DNA of 64,000 nt from Armatimonadota bacterium (GTDB lineage Bacteria; Armatimonadota; HRBIN16): positions 4,672,001-4,736,000 of the forward strand of contig OY781964.1 in assembly GCA_963677485.1 (NCBI GenBank), read 5' to 3'. The notes below the pieces were generated by a model. The model worked only from the letters and a program-made list of their open reading frames with translations, was not told the origin of the DNA and did no database searches. A program made the position numbers and the translations under genes. This document shows positions 48,655 through 60,156 of this stretch, piece after piece. Positions within the stretch are counted from its first letter, which is position 1. The number at the start of each line of letters is the position of its first letter.

Positions 48655-50220
48655 ATGGAGAGCGTAGATCGCGTTTACGTATTCGATACCACTCTTCGCG
48701 ACGGCGAACAGTCGCCTGGAGCGTCACTAAATGTTCATGAAAAACTGGACATCGCTCGGCAACTTGAAAAGCTCAATGTGGATGTGATAGAAGCCGGATT
48801 TCCTATCTCCTCACCTGGAGACTTCTTATCCGTGCAAGAGATTTGCAAGGTCGTTAAATCGGCCGTCGTGTGCGCATTGACCAGAGCCGTACCAAAGGAC
48901 ATCGAATGTGCTGCTGAGTCGCTGAAAGACGCGGTTTGTGGACGTATCCACACTGGCCTGGGCGTCTCGGACAACCATCTGCAGAATAAGCTGCGGTTGT
49001 CTCGTGAAGAGGCGATGGCCAAGGGTGTGGCGGCAGTCAAGCTGGCTAGATCGCTGGTTCCTGAAGTCGAATACTTCATGGAAGACAGCGGCCGTGCTGA
49101 CCCAGAGTATGTATACCGCGTTGTAGAGGCGATGATCAACGCGGGAGCCTGCGTCATCAACGTGCCCGATACCACGGGTTATACCACTCCTGAGGAGTTT
49201 GGAGCCCTGATCGCCGGCATCATGAACAACGTACCGAACGTGGATAAGGCCCGGATCAGCGTCCACTGTCATAACGACCTTGGGATGGCTACAGCTAATG
49301 CTTTATCTGGGGTGATGGCCGGTGCGCGTCAGGTGGAAGTGACGATCAATGGTCTAGGGGAACGCGCTGGCAATACGGCACTCGAAGAAGTGGTGATGGC
49401 GATCTACACCCGTAAAGATTGGTTCAAGGGTGCCTTCACCAACATCAACACAACCGAAATCTATAGATCCAGCAGGCTGGTCAGCACCCTGACGGGTATC
49501 ATCGTCCAACCGAACAAGGCCATCGTTGGAGCCAATGCTTTCGCGCACTCGTCTGGGATACATCAGGACGGCGTGCTGAAAGAACGCAGCACCTACGAGA
49601 TCATCGACCCACTGACGGTTGGTGTGATGGAAAGTAAAATCATACTGAGTGCCCGAAGCGGCCGCCATGGCGTGAAGCACAGACTAGAAGAGCTTGGGTA
49701 TACATTCGAGGCTGAGGGCTTTGAAGAGATTTACGCCCAGTTCCTATCGCTGGCCGATCGAAAAAAACAGATCTACGATGAAGATTTGCTCAGTCTGGTG
49801 GCGGACAGCTCGGTGCTTAGTGAGCAAATGTATGAGCTCGAATTAGCTCAGGTGATCAGCGGAAATGTGGCTGTGCCAACTGCTACAGTGCAGCTAAAGC
49901 ACATCAACGGGCAGATTCATACCAGTGTGGCCACTGGCACAGGGCCGGTTGATGCCTGTTATCAGGCCATTGATAAAGTTGTTCAGCTCCCGTGTGAGCT
50001 GATGGACTACAGTATGCAGTCGGTGACCGAAGGTATCGACGCACAAGCGGAAGTGACAATTCGTATCCGGGCTGAACACGGTGATATCTACACCGGGCGT
50101 GGGGCCAGTACGGATATTGTGGTCGCTTCTTGTAAAGCATACTTGCAAGCTCTCAACAAGTTGCTGAGCGGCAGAAGCCAGCACCAGCAGCGCAGGGAAA
50201 TCACTGAGGGGGGCGTTTAG
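48655..50220 (+). CDS. leuA: 2-isopropylmalate synthase
   Basis: FDTTLRDGEQSPG, HCHNDLG, GERAGN, HSSGIHQDG, regulatory domain GPVDA. Confidence 0.97.
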   Translation: MESVDRVYVFDTTLRDGEQSPGASLNVHEKLDIARQLEKLNVDVIEAGFPISSPGDFLSVQEICKVVKSAVVCALTRAVPKDIECAAESLKDAVCGRIHTGLGVSDNHLQNKLRLSREEAMAKGVAAVKLARSLVPEVEYFMEDSGRADPEYVYRVVEAMINAGACVINVPDTTGYTTPEEFGALIAGIMNNVPNVDKARISVHCHNDLGMATANALSGVMAGARQVEVTINGLGERAGNTALEEVVMAIYTRKDWFKGAFTNINTTEIYRSSRLVSTLTGIIVQPNKAIVGANAFAHSSGIHQDGVLKERSTYEIIDPLTVGVMESKIILSARSGRHGVKHRLEELGYTFEAEGFEEIYAQFLSLADRKKQIYDEDLLSLVADSSVLSEQMYELELAQVISGNVAVPTATVQLKHINGQIHTSVATGTGPVDACYQAIDKVVQLPCELMDYSMQSVTEGIDAQAEVTIRIRAEHGDIYTGRGASTDIVVASCKAYLQALNKLLSGRSQHQQRREITEGGV

Positions 50221-50262
50221 CCCCCAAGCTTGATATCGACATAATCGGAGGACGTAATAGCC

Positions 50263-51534
50263 ATGGGCATGACGATAACCGAAAAGATTCTGGCCGCACA
50301 TGCTGGTCAGGACCATGTTTCTCCTGGTGATCTGGTTACCTGTAAAGTCGACTTCCTACACGGGAACGACATCACAGCCCCGATCGCCATCAGACAGTTT
50401 CGCAAGATGGGCGCACCGACCATATTTGACAAAATGCGCGTAGGCCTGGTGCCCGACCACTCGCTGCCAGCCAAAGACATCGCCAGTGCTACTCTAGCTA
50501 AAGAGATGAAAGAGTTTGCGAAAGAACATAATCTGCCATATCATTTTGATATCGGCCGTATGGGCATTGAGCACACCCTTCTTCCTGACGAAGGACTGGT
50601 GCTGCCCGGTGACGTCGCGATAGGCGCAGACAGTCACACATGCACCTACGGCGCGCTGGGAGCCTTCAGCATGGGCGTAGGGTCTACCGATTTAGCCGGT
50701 GCCATGGCACTGGGTGAAATTTGGCTGCGTGTGCCTGACCAAGTGAAGGTGATCTTCAACGGTAAGCGTCAGAAATACGTGGGTGGTAAGGACCTCATCC
50801 TGGCTACGATCGGCAAGATTGGTGTAGACGGTGGTCTGAACAAGACACTGGAATTCACCGGCGAGGCGATCAGAACGCTGCCGATGTGCCATCGCTTCAC
50901 TATGGCGAATATGGCCATCGAAGGCGGTGCCGATAACGGCATCATCGCTCCTGATGAGATCACCAGGGAATACGTAGAGGGACGCGCTCAGCGGGAATAT
51001 AAATTCTACAGCTCCGATGCGGATGCATTCTATTGCGAAGAGATCGTATTTGATCTGGACGTGATGGAGCCCATCGTGGCGTATCCGTTCCTTCCTGAAA
51101 ACACGCACACCATCAGCGAAGCGGTCAAGGACAACATCAAGGTTGACCAAGTTGTGGTGGGAAGCTGCACCAACGGGCGCATTGAGGACCTTCGCGACCT
51201 AGTGGACATCATCCGCGGCCGACAGGTTCATCCCGACGTGCGACTGATTGTATTCCCAGGCAGCCAGGATATCTACAAACAGGCGATCCGTGAAGGACTG
51301 GTTGAGGAGATCATTGACTGTGGTGGGGCGTTCAGTACACCCACCTGCGGGCCTTGCCTAGGCGGCCACAGCGGTGTATTGGCTCCGCATGAGCGATGCC
51401 TCAGCACAACCAACCGTAACTTCCGCGGCCGCATGGGGCATACCACCTCCGAAGTGTATCTGGCGAACCCGAGTGTGGCTGGCGCGACGGCAATTCTAGG
51501 CCGCATCGCACACCCCGATGAAGTACTAGGGTAA
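50263..51534 (+). CDS. leuC: 3-isopropylmalate dehydratase large subunit (short, ~420-aa type)
   Basis: GADSHTCT, GSCTNGR, CGPCLG, STTNRNFRGRMG. Confidence 0.95.
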   Translation: MGMTITEKILAAHAGQDHVSPGDLVTCKVDFLHGNDITAPIAIRQFRKMGAPTIFDKMRVGLVPDHSLPAKDIASATLAKEMKEFAKEHNLPYHFDIGRMGIEHTLLPDEGLVLPGDVAIGADSHTCTYGALGAFSMGVGSTDLAGAMALGEIWLRVPDQVKVIFNGKRQKYVGGKDLILATIGKIGVDGGLNKTLEFTGEAIRTLPMCHRFTMANMAIEGGADNGIIAPDEITREYVEGRAQREYKFYSSDADAFYCEEIVFDLDVMEPIVAYPFLPENTHTISEAVKDNIKVDQVVVGSCTNGRIEDLRDLVDIIRGRQVHPDVRLIVFPGSQDIYKQAIREGLVEEIIDCGGAFSTPTCGPCLGGHSGVLAPHERCLSTTNRNFRGRMGHTTSEVYLANPSVAGATAILGRIAHPDEVLG

Positions 51535-51549
51535 AGGAGACATAACACT

Positions 51550-52071
51550 ATGAGTCAGCAAACCCTTACAGGTAAAGTGCATCAGTTTGGCAACGACATC
51601 GACACGGATGTCATCATCCCTGCTCGCTACTTGAATACCTCAGAAGCTTCTGAGCTTGCCAAGCACTGCATGGAAGATATCGACACTGAGTTCGTGAAGA
51701 ACGTCAAAGCTGGTGACATCATGGTGGGAGGCGACAACTTCGGTTGCGGCTCCAGCCGCGAACATGCACCTATCGCCATCAAGGCCAGCGGCATCAGTTG
51801 CGTGGTCGCCAACACCTTCTCACGCATCTTTTACCGAAATGCCATCAACATCGGCCTTCCGGTATGTGTCTGTCCTGAGGCCGTTGCTGTGACAGAAAAT
51901 GGCGATACCCTGAGTGTTGATCTTATCTCGGGTATCATCACCAATGTCACCAAAGGCAAGAGTTTCCAGAGCGCGAAATACCCAGCGACGATCAGTGCGA
52001 TCATCGCGTCTGGCGGATTGGTGAATTACGTCCGTGCGAAACTGGGTGTGGAGGCCATGCAAAATGCCTAA
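51550..52071 (+). CDS. leuD: 3-isopropylmalate dehydratase small subunit
   Basis: [34 protein letters not shown]. Confidence 0.96.
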   Translation: MSQQTLTGKVHQFGNDIDTDVIIPARYLNTSEASELAKHCMEDIDTEFVKNVKAGDIMVGGDNFGCGSSREHAPIAIKASGISCVVANTFSRIFYRNAINIGLPVCVCPEAVAVTENGDTLSVDLISGIITNVTKGKSFQSAKYPATISAIIASGGLVNYVRAKLGVEAMQNA

Positions 52072-53146
52072 ACATCACATTGCGCTGCTTCCCGGTGACG
52101 GCATCGGCACCGAAATCTGCGAACAGGCCGTTCGAGTGTTGAACGTAGTGGCGAACAAGTTCGGATTTGAACTTGAATTCGAGCACGCGTTGATCGGTGG
52201 ATGTGCCTATGAAGCCACCGGTACACCTTTGCCCCAGGAGACACTTGACGTGTGTCTGCGTTCAGAGGCGATCTTGTTTGGTGCTGTGGGCGGACCTCAA
52301 TGGGATGGTCTGCCCTCCCATTTGCGGCCAGAAGCTGGAGCTCTTCTTCCTTTGAGGAAAGCTTTGGGACTGTTCGCGAATATCCGTCCTGCAGTGGTAT
52401 TTCCGAGCATGGCGGAGCAGAGCCCTGTCGAAGCCGTGCGTAAATCGGGTAAGCTAGATATAATAGTAGTGAGAGAGCTTACCGGTGGTATCTACTTTGG
52501 ACAACCCAAAGGCCGTAATGAGGCAGGGGATACCGCATTTGATACTTGCACCTACACAAAGTCGGAAATAGAGCGAATCGCCCACACCGCGTTCATTGCT
52601 GCGCGGAAAAGAAGCAGCAGAGTGACCTCTGTTGATAAGGCGAATGTGCTTGAAACCAGTCGGCTGTGGCGTGAAGTTGTTAGCGAAGTTGCTAAAAATT
52701 ACCCTGATGTGCAGCTTGAGCACATGCTGGTAGATAACGCAGCGATGCAACTCATAAGGAACCCTTTACAGTTCGATGTCATTCTGACCGAAAATATGTT
52801 CGGCGACATTCTCAGCGATGAAGCTTCTATGCTCACAGGCAGTTTGGGTCTTCTACCTTCGGCTAGTATGGGTAGTGGGCACTTCGGTTTGTTTGAGCCT
52901 GTCCATGGTTCTGCTCCGGACATCGCCGGTAAGGACCTTGCCAACCCGCTTGCCACGGTGCTGTCGGCGGCGATGATGCTCGAATACAGTCTGAATATGC
53001 CTGAGGCAGCTCGGGTGATAGAAAAGGCAGCGAGCACAATCATAGACCAAGGATATCGCACGCGTGACATCAGCCATGAAGGCGACACTCTGGTGGGTTG
53101 CCGTCAGATGGGAGATCTTCTGGTGGAGGCGATCACGCGCAACTAA
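52064..53146 (+). CDS. leuB: 3-isopropylmalate dehydrogenase
   Basis: [45 protein letters not shown]. Confidence 0.97.
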   Translation: MPKHHIALLPGDGIGTEICEQAVRVLNVVANKFGFELEFEHALIGGCAYEATGTPLPQETLDVCLRSEAILFGAVGGPQWDGLPSHLRPEAGALLPLRKALGLFANIRPAVVFPSMAEQSPVEAVRKSGKLDIIVVRELTGGIYFGQPKGRNEAGDTAFDTCTYTKSEIERIAHTAFIAARKRSSRVTSVDKANVLETSRLWREVVSEVAKNYPDVQLEHMLVDNAAMQLIRNPLQFDVILTENMFGDILSDEASMLTGSLGLLPSASMGSGHFGLFEPVHGSAPDIAGKDLANPLATVLSAAMMLEYSLNMPEAARVIEKAASTIIDQGYRTRDISHEGDTLVGCRQMGDLLVEAITRN

Positions 53147-53159
53147 CACAGGAGGCTAG

Positions 53160-53504
<345 letters not shown>

Positions 53505-53532
53505 ACCGCCCCCATATTATGGGAGTGACTGA

Positions 53533-55125
53533 ATGCAAAACCGGGTTGAAATCTACGATACCACCTTACGAGACGGAACTCAAGGCGAGTTCATCAATAT
53601 GTCCATTCAAGACAAATTGCGAATCGCCAAGCGGTTGGACGAGTTCGGCGTAGATTTCATTGAAGGCGGATGGCCCGCCTCAAACCCGAAGGATACAGAG
53701 TTCTTTGAGCGTGCTAAGACTATGGTCTGGCATACCGCCAAGATCTCGGCATTCGGCAGCACTCAGCGTCCTAAGCTGCGCGCGGAAGATGATGTCAACC
53801 TGCAGCAGCTCGTAGCATCGGAGGCCCCAGTCATCACCATATTTGGTAAATGCTGGGACCTCCATGTCCTTAAGGCACTCAAAATAGAGATGCCTGAGAA
53901 TATCGACCTCATCTACAACTCCATCAACTACCTGCATACACACTGTAATGACGTGAACTTCGATGCAGAACACTTTTTTGATGGCTACAAAGATAACCCC
54001 GACTACGCTATAGAGTGCCTGTTAGCAGCCAAGAAGGCTGGAGCTCAACGTGTCGTTTTATGTGACACCAACGGCGGCACTCTGCCAGGTCAACTATCTG
54101 ACATCGTCAAGCAGGTCATCGCTAAACTGCAGATGCCTGTGGGAATACACGCCCACAATGACAGCGAATGCGCCGTGGCCAACAGCCTGGTGGCGATTCA
54201 AGCGGGCTGCAGCCATGTTCAAGGCACGATGAATGGTATGGGTGAACGAGCAGGCAACGCCAATTTATGCTCGATCATCCCCGCGTTGCGCCTGAAGCTG
54301 GGTAAGGAATGTCTGAAAGAAGACAGCATGGTTCACCTGACATCTCTATCTACGTTCGTAGATGAGATCATCAACCAACCACATTACTCTCGCCAGCCAT
54401 ATGTAGGCAAGAGTGCTTTTGCCCATAAGGCAGGCGTTCATGTGGATGCCATCATCAAAAACAGCAGAACCTATGAGCATATAGCCCCTGAATCAGTGGG
54501 CAACACACGAAGAATACTTGTGAGTGAACTGGCCGGCGGTTCTACGGTTGTACAACAGGCGCAAAAGATGGACATCAACCTTGAAAAAGGCAGCCCTGTT
54601 GTTAAGAGAGTAATCGCTAAAGTCGCGCACCTGGAAAATCAAGGCTACTCATTTGAAGGAGCCGAAGCCAGTTTTGAACTGCTCATCATGCAGCAGACTG
54701 GGCATTATCACCAAATGTTTGAAACCGAATCATACCGAGTCATCGTAGAAAAGCGCAAGCCAAATGGTGATGAAGTCACGGAAGCTGTGGTCAAGGTCAG
54801 TGTGAATGGTGAAATCAAACATACGGTAGCCGAAGGTGATGGCCCTGTCCATGCCTTGGACAACGCCCTGCGCAGCGCGCTGTTCAGCTTTTACCCTGCC
54901 ATGGCGAGTATGAGGCTGACCGACTTCAAGGTGCGGGTAGTCAATATGAGCGACGCCACCGCGGCTAAAGTGCGTGTCAATGTTGAGAGCATCGGATATG
55001 GTCGGACCTGGACGACGGTAGGGGTCTCAACCAATATCATTGAAGCCAGTTACCGCGCTTTGGTCGATAGTTTCCAATATGGACTTCAAATCGCGGCCTC
55101 CGATTCAGAGACGCCCAACGGATAA
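53533..55125 (+). CDS. cimA: Citramalate synthase
   Basis: YDTTLRDGTQGE, EGGWP, FDAEHFFDG, LCDTNGG, HAHND, AFAHKAGVH, FEGAEASFEL. Confidence 0.92.
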   Translation: MQNRVEIYDTTLRDGTQGEFINMSIQDKLRIAKRLDEFGVDFIEGGWPASNPKDTEFFERAKTMVWHTAKISAFGSTQRPKLRAEDDVNLQQLVASEAPVITIFGKCWDLHVLKALKIEMPENIDLIYNSINYLHTHCNDVNFDAEHFFDGYKDNPDYAIECLLAAKKAGAQRVVLCDTNGGTLPGQLSDIVKQVIAKLQMPVGIHAHNDSECAVANSLVAIQAGCSHVQGTMNGMGERAGNANLCSIIPALRLKLGKECLKEDSMVHLTSLSTFVDEIINQPHYSRQPYVGKSAFAHKAGVHVDAIIKNSRTYEHIAPESVGNTRRILVSELAGGSTVVQQAQKMDINLEKGSPVVKRVIAKVAHLENQGYSFEGAEASFELLIMQQTGHYHQMFETESYRVIVEKRKPNGDEVTEAVVKVSVNGEIKHTVAEGDGPVHALDNALRSALFSFYPAMASMRLTDFKVRVVNMSDATAAKVRVNVESIGYGRTWTTVGVSTNIIEASYRALVDSFQYGLQIAASDSETPNG

Positions 55126-55132
55126 CATTAGG

Positions 55133-56008
55133 GTGTGTACACGACGTATCATTCTAGCAACCCATATGGGATTTTGCTTTGGTGTTCGTCGCGCAGTGGA
55201 TATGGTTGAGCGGGCTCGTCAGACCCTGTCTGGGCCCGTCACCACACTGGGACCGATCATTCATAGCCAACAGGTCGTGGAGCACCACAAGAGCATTGGC
55301 ATTGGTCTGTGCCATGAGCTCGCTGTTGTTCAAGAAGGCACAGTGGTGTTGAGTGCGCATGGTGTCAGCCCTGTTGTTGAACAGCAAGCGGTCACCCAAG
55401 GCCTCCACGTCATTAATGCCACTTGTCCCTATGTTGCAAAGCTGCACAAAGCCGCGGTCCAACAGGTGAAGCTGGGCTATTCTATAGTATTGCTGGGAGA
55501 TGCTGGTCACTCTGAGGTCAAGGGCACAGTAGGAGCGATCGAGCATGCTGGGGGCATGGTCAACGTATTATCGGATTCAGATGAAGCCTCAAACCTGCCT
55601 TTCACCAAGCATATAGCATTACTTTCTCAAACCACGCAGAAACTCAGCACGCTCGCTCAAGTGGCTGCGGCCCTTGTGCCCAACTGTCAGGAGCTGCACG
55701 TCATCAACACCATATGCCACGCAACTGATGAACTTCAATCCAGTGCCAGAATTATGGCCCAGCAAGTTGAAGTCGCTATCGTCATCGGTGGGAAAAACAG
55801 CGCCAACACGAAACGGCTACGCGATATCTGCGAAGCCGAAGGGGTGCCGGCTTATCATATAGAAACCTCCAGTGAGTTATCTCCTGACTGGTTTTATGAC
55901 AAAACGCGCATAGGCATCACGGCTGGTGCCTCCACACCAGACTGGCTGATACATGATGTCACTGAGGCTGTGCAACAAATGACGGGGGCAGAGGTGGCTT
56001 GTGAGTAA
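55133..56008 (+). CDS. ispH: 4-hydroxy-3-methylbut-2-enyl diphosphate reductase
   Basis: GFCFGVRRA, SAHGV, ATCP, SQTT, NTICHAT, ITAGASTP; start uncertain (GTG 55133). Confidence 0.95.
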   Translation: MCTRRIILATHMGFCFGVRRAVDMVERARQTLSGPVTTLGPIIHSQQVVEHHKSIGIGLCHELAVVQEGTVVLSAHGVSPVVEQQAVTQGLHVINATCPYVAKLHKAAVQQVKLGYSIVLLGDAGHSEVKGTVGAIEHAGGMVNVLSDSDEASNLPFTKHIALLSQTTQKLSTLAQVAAALVPNCQELHVINTICHATDELQSSARIMAQQVEVAIVIGGKNSANTKRLRDICEAEGVPAYHIETSSELSPDWFYDKTRIGITAGASTPDWLIHDVTEAVQQMTGAEVACE

Positions 56009-57341
56009 TCTTGCGCAAGGGTTGGAGATCAGGTGGGTGCATCCTGATGGGCTGGGTGCTGAACTGGGTCTTGCAGTCGGAGATAGACTGATCGCCATTG
56101 ATGGTCAAGCCGTTGAAGATATCATTGATTATAGATATCGAATGACTGGCGAAAACCTGGAGATCGAGGTCGATTGTTCCGGCGAACGGCTGGTGATTGA
56201 GTTAGAAAAAGAGCCGTATGAAGAGCTCGACATCGACTTCTGTTCCGATGTAGCCGGTGATGTGAAGAGTTGCAAGAACAACTGTGTGTTTTGTTTTGTG
56301 ACGCAGATGCCGCGGGGGATGCGGAAGAGCCTGTATTTGAAGGATGACGACTACCGGCTGAGCTTTATTCATGGGAACTACATCACCCTCACCAACCTCT
56401 CAGATCGTGACATCGAACGGATCATCGACCAAAAACTATCACCGCTCTATGTCTCGGTTCATACTACGAACCCGATTTTGCGAAGAAAGATGCTGGGGCG
56501 CCGTTCGTCGGATGACATATTACCGACGCTACAACGCCTTGCACAGGCCGGCATCGAAATACACACACAGATCGTGCTCTGCCCGGGTTGGAATGATGCT
56601 GATGAGCTCACCAACACCGTCAATAGCCTCGCAGATATGCACCCCGAAATCAGCGGGGAACCAGGCGGAGTGATGTCCGTGGCGATTGTCCCAGTAGGCT
56701 TGACCGCCTTCCGCGAGCACATGCCACACGTGGATCCTGTCGGCCCAGAGTATAGCCGTGAGATGATCGTGTGGTTTCGAAAGACAGACCGTGCATTAAA
56801 GCGGAAGCTGCCTCAGCGGATGGTGTACTTATCGGACGAGTGGTATTATCTGGCAGGGTTACCGGTGCCGGGGAAACAGCACTACAACGGCTTCCCCCAA
56901 CTAGATGATGGCGTTGGCACCACCAGGTATTTCATAGACAATCTGGCAGGGCTGAAACGCAGGTTGCCGGATAAGTGGGATAAGCCTCCTGTCGAATGGG
57001 TCGCTGTCACCGGAATGATGCCTCTTGGTGTGATTGAGTCCTTTGCGGACTTGCTGTCTGGTATTGAGGGGATTAAATGCCAGGCGTTGGGTATACAGAA
57101 CCACTTCTTTGGAGGTACAGTATCCATAGCTGGTCTGATCACGGGTCAAGATATCGCGGCGCAGGTCTTGGCAAGTGGACTTCAAGGTGATATCCTTATA
57201 CCTGAGGTAGCCGTTCGTCATGACGGCCTTTTCCTTGATGATATGTCAGTCGATCAATTAGCTGATCAACTGGGCCGAAAGGTGCATGTTTTGCCTATAC
57301 TGCCCAGCAAGGCCTGGCGCAAGCTGCAGTCACTATATTAA
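56001..57341 (+). CDS. PDZ/radical-SAM-like DUF512 protein
   Basis: CKNNCVFC, LYLKDDDYRLSF, GNYITLTN, VPVGLT, FLDD. Confidence 0.9.
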   Translation: MSNLAQGLEIRWVHPDGLGAELGLAVGDRLIAIDGQAVEDIIDYRYRMTGENLEIEVDCSGERLVIELEKEPYEELDIDFCSDVAGDVKSCKNNCVFCFVTQMPRGMRKSLYLKDDDYRLSFIHGNYITLTNLSDRDIERIIDQKLSPLYVSVHTTNPILRRKMLGRRSSDDILPTLQRLAQAGIEIHTQIVLCPGWNDADELTNTVNSLADMHPEISGEPGGVMSVAIVPVGLTAFREHMPHVDPVGPEYSREMIVWFRKTDRALKRKLPQRMVYLSDEWYYLAGLPVPGKQHYNGFPQLDDGVGTTRYFIDNLAGLKRRLPDKWDKPPVEWVAVTGMMPLGVIESFADLLSGIEGIKCQALGIQNHFFGGTVSIAGLITGQDIAAQVLASGLQGDILIPEVAVRHDGLFLDDMSVDQLADQLGRKVHVLPILPSKAWRKLQSLY

Positions 57342-57386
57342 CCTTTATCTTACTCAGCCCTGAGGGGCATTAATGGGAGTGTGCTC

Positions 57387-58349
57387 ATGAAGAAAATCGG
57401 TGTGTTAACCAGCGGAGGTGATGCCTCTGGAATGAATACCGCCGTGCGCGCCGTTGTCCGATGTGCCATCGTCAATGGACTGCAGGTTTGCGGTATTCGG
57501 CGCGGATATGAAGGATTACTTGACCGCGATATGGTGCCTATGAGCCTTAGCTCAGTCGGCGGCATCATTAATCGAGGTGGGACGATCTTGCGCACGGCCC
57601 GCAGCGAGAGATTCAAGACCGATGCCGGCCAACAGATGGCCGCGGAAGCCATTCGGGAAGAGGGCATTGATGGCTTGGTGGTCATCGGCGGTGACGGCTC
57701 CTACCGAGGTGCCGAGAGGTTAATCGCGACATGCGGCGTGCCGATCATCGGAATTCCTGGCACGATTGATAATGACATCGGTGGCACTCAATATACTATC
57801 GGCTGTGATACGGCCATGAACGTGGCTTTGGATGCCATCGACAAAGTTCGTGATACCGCAGACAGCCACGAACGAATTTTTGTGATTGAGGTGATGGGGC
57901 GCTCTAACGGCTACATCGCGGCTTGCGTAGGGCTTGCAGCGGGTGCTGAGGCCATATTGGTGCCTGAGGTGCCGTTCAATCTGGTGAGCATCTTTGACCG
58001 CATGAAGGTAGGCATCGCTCGCGGCAAACGCAGCTGCATCATCGTGTGCGCTGAGGGTGCTGCCAAAGCGGCTGATGTAGCCAACTTCGCGGAGCACTAC
58101 CTTAATGCAGACGTCCGGTATGCTGTGCTTGGTCACATACAACGTGGGGGGGCTCCCAGCACAAGAGACAGAATTGCGGCTAGCCGATTTGGTGAGCTGG
58201 CTGTGAAACTTCTTCTTGAAGGGAAGTCAGGACTGATGACCGTTGAATGGAACGGTCAGTTGGACGCAGTTCCGCTCAGCGTGTCTTGGTCTGAGCCTAA
58301 GCAGCTAGATGAAACCCTTCTCCAACTAGCAGCCACACTCTCCAGCTAG
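57387..58349 (+). CDS. pfkA: ATP-dependent 6-phosphofructokinase
   Basis: TSGGDA, GGTIL, IGGDGS, PGTIDND, EVMGR, LGHIQRGG. Confidence 0.97.
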   Translation: MKKIGVLTSGGDASGMNTAVRAVVRCAIVNGLQVCGIRRGYEGLLDRDMVPMSLSSVGGIINRGGTILRTARSERFKTDAGQQMAAEAIREEGIDGLVVIGGDGSYRGAERLIATCGVPIIGIPGTIDNDIGGTQYTIGCDTAMNVALDAIDKVRDTADSHERIFVIEVMGRSNGYIAACVGLAAGAEAILVPEVPFNLVSIFDRMKVGIARGKRSCIIVCAEGAAKAADVANFAEHYLNADVRYAVLGHIQRGGAPSTRDRIAASRFGELAVKLLLEGKSGLMTVEWNGQLDAVPLSVSWSEPKQLDETLLQLAATLSS

Positions 58350-58452
58350 GGTTCAACTGGCTATAAAACAGTATAATGAGGAGGGAGAACTTGCTAATGT
58401 CGTTCTTCCTCTTTTCAATAATAAGCACGTAAATAAGCACGAGGCCTGATAT

Positions 58453-59958
58453 ATGGTTCATGATAAATCTATCACCCTGAAATTGTCTTCTCAACGACTG
58501 GAAATAGAAGCCGGAGAGAGTGTTGAAGTTGAGTTACAGATAGAAAATGTCGGCACAGATGAACTCACACTTGGTATCGAAGTTGAAGGACTTCCCGACG
58601 GATGGGTAGCCATCCCAGTTCCCACCGTGAATGTCAATCCTCTGCAAAAAATCACCGAAACTATCACGATCAATACCCCACGCCGTCCAGAATGTTTAGC
58701 GAAGTCTTACCCATTTGTAGTCAAAGCATGCAACATTCACGATGGATACTCAATTGGAGAACAAGCGAATCTGGTTGTGAAGAAGTTCACAGCATTGTCG
58801 GTTGAGGTATTGCCAAAAAAAGGCGTCAGCCACTATATTCGCCCTTTCACTGAATTCGATACGGAACTATGCAACCTAGGCAATACGGAAGTCAGGCTTA
58901 AACTGAACTGCCGTGATAATGAAGATGCCGGTCTATACACTTTCGAACAGGACACCATCAATCTGCAACCTGGCGAAAACTGCATAGTGAAGCTAGGCGC
59001 AGAGCCTGCCATCAAGCGGTTTGTGGGCAAAACACGGCTGGTGCAATTTGCAGTAACTGCTCGCAGCACGGATGATAATTTCCTGGCCACTAATGCTCAG
59101 GCTTATGTTGAATATCGTCCTATGTTTACTCCTGCGTCACTGGTGACCGGAGCCATCGTGATCTTCATGCTCGTGCTCTACATGCTGCTCAAACCAAGTC
59201 CTGCATTGATCAAAGAGTTTAAATACAGTGCTGATACCATCACACAGGGTCAGACTGTGGTATTGTCATGGAACGTAACTCATGCGAAGAAAATTACAAT
59301 ATCGCCAGATCCTGGCCAGGTAGAAACCGCAGCCGGATCTGTCAGCCTATCGCCGTCCAAGACGACCACATATGTTTTATCGGCCGAATCGAGTGCAGGA
59401 GAAGACAGTAAAGAGATCACCGTTGTGGTGCAGCCTGCTCCTGAGTCGCCAGCACCAGTGATTAAATCATTCAGATGCGACCCCAACACCACGCTGGAAC
59501 CAAACCAGACAGTGCTGCTGACCTGGGAAGTGGCCAACGCAGAGCGTATCTACCTCAACCCGCCAGGCACCATGCTGGATCCCAACATCACAAGTCAAGA
59601 GCTTCTTCCCAACAAGAACACCACTTATGAGCTGACCGTGGTGAACAAAGAGGGGCGTAAGGTGACTAAAAGGCTCACTGTGAATGTGAATGACCCCAAT
59701 GTGGTGAGGGTGTTGAATTTCAAAGCGAGTGCCACGACAGTGCCTGTCAATGGCACCGTTGTGATCAACTGGAACGTGCGGAATGCCAGCGATGTGACAT
59801 TGAACGACACGGCAGTCGACCCCATGGGCAGCCAGGAGTTCCCAATCACAGATACCACGGTGTTTACACTCGTTGCCCGTAATGAACAGGGTAGCAATGT
59901 GGAAAAGAAGTTGAAGGTCAGTGTGGAATCTGATCAGCCGGTACCGTCAACACCTTAA
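58453..59958 (+). CDS. Hypothetical bitopic protein: two N-terminal Ig-like (COG1470-like) domains, TM, three Ig-like repeats
   Basis: IEN.G..GLP..W pattern, central hydrophobic helix, three F.....V.L.W.V.NA...TT.Y.L repeats. Confidence 0.7.
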   Translation: MVHDKSITLKLSSQRLEIEAGESVEVELQIENVGTDELTLGIEVEGLPDGWVAIPVPTVNVNPLQKITETITINTPRRPECLAKSYPFVVKACNIHDGYSIGEQANLVVKKFTALSVEVLPKKGVSHYIRPFTEFDTELCNLGNTEVRLKLNCRDNEDAGLYTFEQDTINLQPGENCIVKLGAEPAIKRFVGKTRLVQFAVTARSTDDNFLATNAQAYVEYRPMFTPASLVTGAIVIFMLVLYMLLKPSPALIKEFKYSADTITQGQTVVLSWNVTHAKKITISPDPGQVETAAGSVSLSPSKTTTYVLSAESSAGEDSKEITVVVQPAPESPAPVIKSFRCDPNTTLEPNQTVLLTWEVANAERIYLNPPGTMLDPNITSQELLPNKNTTYELTVVNKEGRKVTKRLTVNVNDPNVVRVLNFKASATTVPVNGTVVINWNVRNASDVTLNDTAVDPMGSQEFPITDTTVFTLVARNEQGSNVEKKLKVSVESDQPVPSTP

Positions 59959-59978
59959 GGAACCATCTGCACCAAATC

Positions 59979-60019
59979 GGGGCCACTTCGTTCATCGAAG
60001 TTGGCCCTCTTTCATTTTT
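59979..60019 (+). terminator. Intrinsic terminator
   Basis: GGGGCCACTTCG / CGAAGTTGGCCCT hairpin followed by a T-rich tract. Confidence 0.7.
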
Positions 60020-60024
60020 ACCTG

Positions 60025-60053
60025 TTGACATTGCGGTAGCCATATGCCATACT
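60025..60053 (+). promoter_or_regulatory. Sigma70 promoter
   Basis: TTGACA-17 nt-CATACT. Confidence 0.6.
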
Positions 60054-60156
60054 TATAGCATTCGGTAACCGGATATCTAGTAAGAGGCAATATGTAATTC
60101 CAACAGACACCTTCCTGATGCGATAGGTGCTTCTACCTGGTAAGGAGTATTCTGGA

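Noticed and set aside
60060-60150. c-di-GMP riboswitch in the leader
   Set aside because: Only a small CACCT/AGGTG hairpin; class I and II consensus motifs are missing.
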